Origin: Antechinus flavipes
Lineage: Eukaryota
Direction: 5' to 3'
Assembly (NCBI RefSeq): GCF_016432865.1
Contig: NC_067400.1
Location: forward strand, 623,968,001-624,032,000
DNA: 64,000 bases
Every line of letters begins with the position of its first letter. Position 1 is the stretch's first letter. The notes under the pieces are model-generated. The model was not told the origin of the DNA, did no database searches, and saw only the letters and a list, made by a program, of their open reading frames with translations. The translations under genes were made by a program, and so were the position numbers. Of the stretch, positions 59,016 through 64,000 are shown piece by piece.

Positions 59016-62000
59016 CAGGACAGGGTCTCTGGGAGCCTCGGTCTCCTCCTCTGTCCCTGCCCGGGCTGGCCGGCGAAAGTGCTCTCCAAGCCTCGCTCAG
59101 AACGGGCATGGGGCCAGAAAGGGTGTTGGGGGAGGGGATTGGCAGGGAAGTCTTCCCCACGCCAAAGATGAAAGGAGAGGGCGGAGCTGGCCCCCCCCAA
59201 ACAAACTGCGTCCTTCCTTGTAAACCCCACCCCCATCCCCCCGGGGCCCGGCTGCTCCCGGGGCCGTGACAGAGGGCTCGGCCCACAGCGGGAGTGGCGG
59301 TCCTGCTGGTTGGGTTGCCATGACGGGGCAGGCTCTGCTTTTTCCTCCGTGACCCCGGGCTCGGCGCCCGCCCCTCTCTGGAGCTGCCCAGGGCCCAGCT
59401 CCTGGTCACTCCCGAAGCCGGGGAGGGCCAGGCGGAGGAACGGCCGGAGGCGGTCCCGCGGCCCGCCCCCCCTTCCTAACCGTGACTTTGGGCAAGCCTG
59501 GGAGCCTCGGTTTCCTCCTCTGTAAAAGCCGGAGGATAATAACAGCCCCCACCCCCCAGGGAGGCTGAGTCTGGGATGAGGTCACGTCTGTGCCGGCCCC
59601 GGAACGGCGGCTATTATGGGATTTGGAGCTGACGGCGATCCTCCCTTCCAAACCGTTCATTTGGAGGGGCCGGGCCGCTCTGCCCGGGGTCAGCCGGGGA
59701 GCACAGGCAGGCCCGGGGCCAAAGCCAAGCCCCCTGCCCTCCCTCCAGAGCCGCTCAGCCGGGAAGGAGGGAGGGAGCGCGCCTGGGGGGCTCCGGGAGA
59801 GGGAAGCCCCCGGGGCGGCTGAGGGAGAGCCCGCAGTGTGTCTGGGCAAAGACAGCAGAGGATGTGTAGGCTGCAAAGACCCAGGGGAGGAGAGGGCCGA
59901 GAGACACTGTGGAGACAAAGGCGCAGAGGAGGGATCTAGGGCTGGGAAGGTGGCGGAGGCCTCCCGTGGCCCCTTCAAAGGGGAGGGAACAACAGAAGCT
60001 TAGCAGGAGCGGGGTCTTCGGGACTTGGGGTCCCCGGCTTGGCCAGACTGTGAGCTCCGCTCTTGGGGGCTCGCTCTATATCGGGCAGACCGGAAGCTGG
60101 CGGCGGCCGCGCGGAGTAAAACTTCCCACAGGCCCGAATGAAAGAACTGCGGCGGCCGCCGGGAAGGTCACAAGCGCCCGGGGGCCCCGAGCCAGGATGG
60201 CGGCTCCCCAAGGACAGAAGGGAGAAGCCGGGGGCGGGGGCTCGCCAAGGTCCCGGCGGAGCCCAGACTTGTGACTTCCGGGCGGGGGTGGCTCCCGGCC
60301 CCACGAGGTGACGGGGAGCCTGGGACTGGAGGCCGGGACGGGTCGGGAGGACAGGATGCTTGGAGGGCGGGTGACAGGACAGGGGAAGTGACAAAGCGCG
60401 CAGGTTTCCTTCCCCTTGGGAACCCGTGTGAGTGTCCCTCCCCTCCCTGGCCGGCCCCTCCTGAGCACCGCTCCCCTCCCCACCCTCGGAGCCACTGTCC
60501 AGGCCCTCAGCAGGCAGAGCAGCATCTGGGGTGTGGCTCGGGCGGCCCAGTATCGGGCCCGAGGCAGGATCCCCACGGAGGATGGAGTAATAAGGGGTGG
60601 GGAGCTGGATGCAAGGTTTCTGCAAGGGCCCACACCCCTTGATGCACTTGCTGATTAGGACCGCCTGCCCAGGGTGGAGCAGACCGCCCTTTAGGTCTCC
60701 CCCATCCGGGCACCCACCGGGGCTTCCGCAGCCCGGGGCCACCAGCTCCCCCAAACGCTGGAGGTCCCGGCTGGAGGCCCCAGTGCGGACCCGGAGCCCC
60801 CAGTCCCTGGCTCCAGCCCTCCTCCCGGGCAGAGTGGGGCAGAGGACCAAGGATGCCGGGAGGTGAGCCTGGCCCCGGGAAAAGTCTAAGCACCGCAGGG
60901 CCTGCGGAGAAGGGATGGGGATTAGGAGGGGGCTCCCCTCCCCCACAGGTGGGAGGCAGATGCACTCCCAGGCCTTTGCACAATGCGTTTTGGGCTGGCC
61001 CTCAGGGCCAGTGGGAGGAGGTGAGATGTTCACTGGGGTGCATGGGGTTGGAGGGCCGTCCCCACCCTAATGAGTCTCCCGGGGATCCCAGGCTCTCTAT
61101 TTCCTCAGCCGGGCTCCCCCACTGTCTCCCAAATCCCGACGATCCAGTCTTGCGGCTCCCGGCTCCAAGCCCCCTTTCGCTTGAGAGTCCAGGTTCCCCC
61201 TCTCTAGAGAGGCCTTCAGGCCCCGGGGAGCTGAGGATTTGGGGAGGAGAGAACAGCTTCCTGGGCCGCAGAGCCACGTGCTGCTGGCACCCCATTTGCC
61301 CCCTTCACCACTCACTGCTGAAGCAGAACAGATTTCAGACTGGGGAGGATGGGAAAAAACCTGAAGGATGATAGAGGCCCAGAGCAGGGAAACTGAGCAG
61401 GAAGGCCCGGCTGACTAAGTCAGAGGGAGCGGGAGCAGGGCACAGGGCCCAGGCCTCAGGCCAGGGAGGGAAGCGTTGGCTGCCTGGCGTCCTGACACCT
61501 GGGTCCTTCCCCATTACCCACGGTGCCCCCTTTGATTCCGAGGCTCCCAGAAGCCCCTTTCCCCCAAAACGCCTAGAAGAGATCTCAGGGCTCCCTTCAA
61601 ACAGTAACATTTACCCAGAGTGCTTGACGTGTGAGCTCATTTGATCCTCCCAACGGCTGCCTTGGGAAGTAGATACTATTGTCATACCCATTGGACAGGT
61701 GGGGAGACTGAGGCAGACCAAGGTTCAGAGTCACAAAGTATCCGGGGCTTTGTCCGGCCGCTTAAGGGGCCGCCGTGCCCCCCAAAGGAGGGTCGGCTTC
61801 GGGGAGGCTGAATTGACCCGAGCAGGGTTTAGGGCAGATGCCCCGGGCCGTGAGGGGGGCGGGGAGGGGCCGGGGCTCCCGCAGGCTGGGTAGCCCCGCT
61901 CCCCGCTCGCTTGCTCAGAGCAGGGATGCGGTCTCTCCCTTCCGCCCCCTCCGCCTCTGCACCTTCAGAGATCCCCGGCCCCTCCCAGGGGTGCCGAGGG

Positions 62001-62193
62001 GCGGGGCATGGCGTGGGTAGCAGCCAGAGGAACCGGCTGAGCCCCACCCCGCCCATCTGGAGTTCTGGCACTAGTGGGCAGCGCGCAGAGAGGGAGCCGC
62101 CGTCGCCGGGACCTCCTGAGCGCACCAGTGCCGAACCGGGCGCCCGCTGCCCCTCTCCCGCCGGCCAGCCGCCCGCCCAGCTGGGACCCCGCC

Positions 62194-62252
62194 ATGGAAG
62201 GCCCCTTCGCGTCCCGGATCGCTGAGAACTCCGAGGTGGCCCTGGACGTCAG
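62194..62252 (+). CDS. SULT2B1: Probable first coding exon (1B) of cholesterol sulfotransferase SULT2B1b
   Basis: Good Kozak (GCCATGG) in a CpG-rich stretch; MEGPFASRIAENSEVALDV then AG|GTGAG (phase 2). Loosely resembles human MDGPAEPQIP...SEI-AG|. SULT2B1 follows LMTK3 on + in human. No catalytic-domain sequence is in the window. Confidence 0.5.
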
Positions 62253-62714
62253 GTGAGAGCTGGGGGAGGGGCTGCGGCCGGAGGCGCTGTCCAGCGGCAG
62301 ATCCGCCCGGGCTCCGGGCGGCGCGCGCCCCGCCTCAGCTTCCCGCCCCTCGCGGCCCGGCCGGGCCCCTTCCCCGGCGCCCGGGGCTCCTCGCCCTGCG
62401 CCGCCCGGATGCGGCCGAACCTTCCATTCTTCCTCAGCCTCTGACGTCCGAGTCCGGAGGTCACCGAGACCCAAAGCTCCCGCCCGGCCTCCTGCCCCAC
62501 AGCCCCTCCCACCCCGGAGACCCGTGGGCTCTGGAGCACGAGGGACTCCGGGGAGAAGCGGAGCCAGGGACGCCCGGTCCGGGGGGTCCTCCCACACATC
62601 CCGACGGCCTGGGTACTTCTCCGCTCTCTCCCAGCGGCCGAACCCCTCCGGGGTCTCCTCCCTCATCTGTCCGCGTGTCTTCCCTGCCTCTGCTCTCTTC
62701 TTGGATTTTTCTGA

Positions 62715-62830
62715 GGCAGTTGGGGCTAAGTGACTTGTCCAAGGTCACACAGTCTGAGGTCAAATTTGAACTCAGGTCCTCCCGACTTCAGGGCAGGTGC
62801 TCCACCCACTGCGCCCCCTAGCTGCCCCCT
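62715..62830. mobile_element. WSINE1/Mar-like CORE-SINE fragment
   Basis: GGGGCTAAGTGACTTGTCCAAGGTCACACAG...ATTTGAACTCAGGTCCTCC...CCACTGCGCCCCCTAGCTGCCC. Confidence 0.8.
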
Positions 62831-63124
62831 GATCTTTTCTCCATCTCTGATTCCTCTCTCAAATTGTTCTCATCCCAGATCCTTTCCCTCTGTTATCTCC
62901 CCCATCTTAATCCTTCCTCCGAGATCTTAGGTTTAAGAATTGAGAAATAGTAGGAAGGAACTTCCCAGGACATCCAAGTGCAATCCTCTGGCTGAGGATG
63001 ATGCAAGATCACACCATATGGGAGCTGGTGGCCCCAACAGGATCTGAACCCCTTGACTTCCAGCCACTCTATACTGCTTTAAGTCTCTCGGTGAGGGCCC
63101 AGTCCTCCTCTGGTCGGCCTTGGG

Positions 63125-63300
63125 GAGGCCTCCTTTTCCTCTGATCACTCCGGGTCGTCTCTTTTTCCTCTGGACGGCTCTGGGTGCCTCCTTTTCCTCG
63201 GATTGCTCTGGGGTCCTCCCCTTTTCCTCTGGATGCCTCCGGGGTCATCCCCTTTTCCTCTGGACGCCTCTGGGATGGCCTCCTTTTCCTTTCTCTCTAT
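63125..63300. repeat. ~31-bp degenerate tandem repeat
   Basis: CCTCCTTTTCCTCTGGA...CCGGGGT units. Confidence 0.7.
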
Positions 63301-63639
63301 AGTGGTCTCTCCACTCGTCCCCAGCGCCATCAGCAGACTTCTGGCCTTGATCTTTCCTTGCCTTCTGATTCCTGGCGTCAGTCCCCTCCCGAGCCACGAT
63401 TTCCCGCTCCAGTCTTGGATCGTCCCTCCCTGAGCCTTCCCCTCCAGTGTCCGCCGTCCCCTTCCGACCCCTCTGGAAACCCCAGTTCTTCTCTCAGCCT
63501 TTTCGGGGTTCCAGCGCCTCCCCAGTTCTTCCATGAACTCAAATGATTAAATCAAATACTATTAAAGGCCCGCTCAGGTCTCAGGCACCGAGAATACAGA
63601 ACTCCAGCCTGTCCCTGCCCGCAGAGAGCTTACGCTCTG

Positions 63640-63750
63640 GGACAGGGGCCAGAGCAAGGGCAGGGGCACCGCCTGTGAGGGGCAGGGGCCAGAGCAAGGG
63701 CAGGGACACCGCCTGTGAGGGGCAGGGGCCAGAGCAAGGGCAGGGATACA
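63640..63750. repeat. ~43-bp tandem repeat (~2.5 copies)
   Basis: GGGGCCAGAGCAAGGGCAGGG(G/A)CACCGCCTGTGAGGGGCA. Confidence 0.8.
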
Positions 63751-64000
63751 GGCAGGTTGGAAGCAAGCTCCTCTTCCCCAGATCTTCTCAGCATGGGGAG
63801 GCCTCCCCCGGTTTCCCCAGAACCTGGGACTCTTTATCTCCCATTCGGTCTCTGCTTTGTTATGATGATCCCTGCCCTTATCTCGGTGGCGTTTCTGGTT
63901 CTTCCTCCCTCCCACTTCATTCTCCCGTGAGCCTTCCTTCCTCCCTCCCCACCCCTTCCCCACTCCCATCTCTTTCTCGCCTCGGATTCTCCCTTCTGCT

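Noticed and set aside
58400-62100. Many 60-350-aa ORFs between the ERV and the SULT2B1-like exon
   Set aside because: GC-rich intergenic sequence with MIR fragments; no recognisable domains or consistent exon structure.

Overview
Vertebrate genomic DNA, very likely a marsupial (probably an Australian dasyurid, judged from WSINE1-like SINEs, an OC1-type hAT MITE and the L1 type). It matches the gene order of human 19q13.33: 3' half of GRIN2D (+), GRWD1 (+), KCNJ14 (+), CYTH2 (+), LMTK3 (-), and a probable first coding exon of SULT2B1 (+). Exon boundaries were worked out by hand from GT/AG sites and reading phase. The window is very GC-rich and many introns carry their own minisatellite, which produces most of the long ORFs in the track; those ORFs are spurious. 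Between LMTK3 and SULT2B1 lies a deleted betaretrovirus-like ERV (-) interrupted by a 5'-truncated L1 (+) with a 16-bp target-site duplication, next to an OC1-like MITE. The most notable observations are: a tandem duplication of the GRIN2D M1/M2/M3/S2 exon block (real or a false haplotype duplication), the CYTH2 3-nt microexon, an R-to-L change in the conserved Kir WGHR motif of KCNJ14, two large satellite arrays in LMTK3 intron 11 (one with a 438-bp higher-order repeat), and an ERV whose gag reads in frame into the integrase C-terminus once the L1 is removed. I found no convincing wholly new biological system. Comparisons to human proteins and repeat families are from memory, not database searches.
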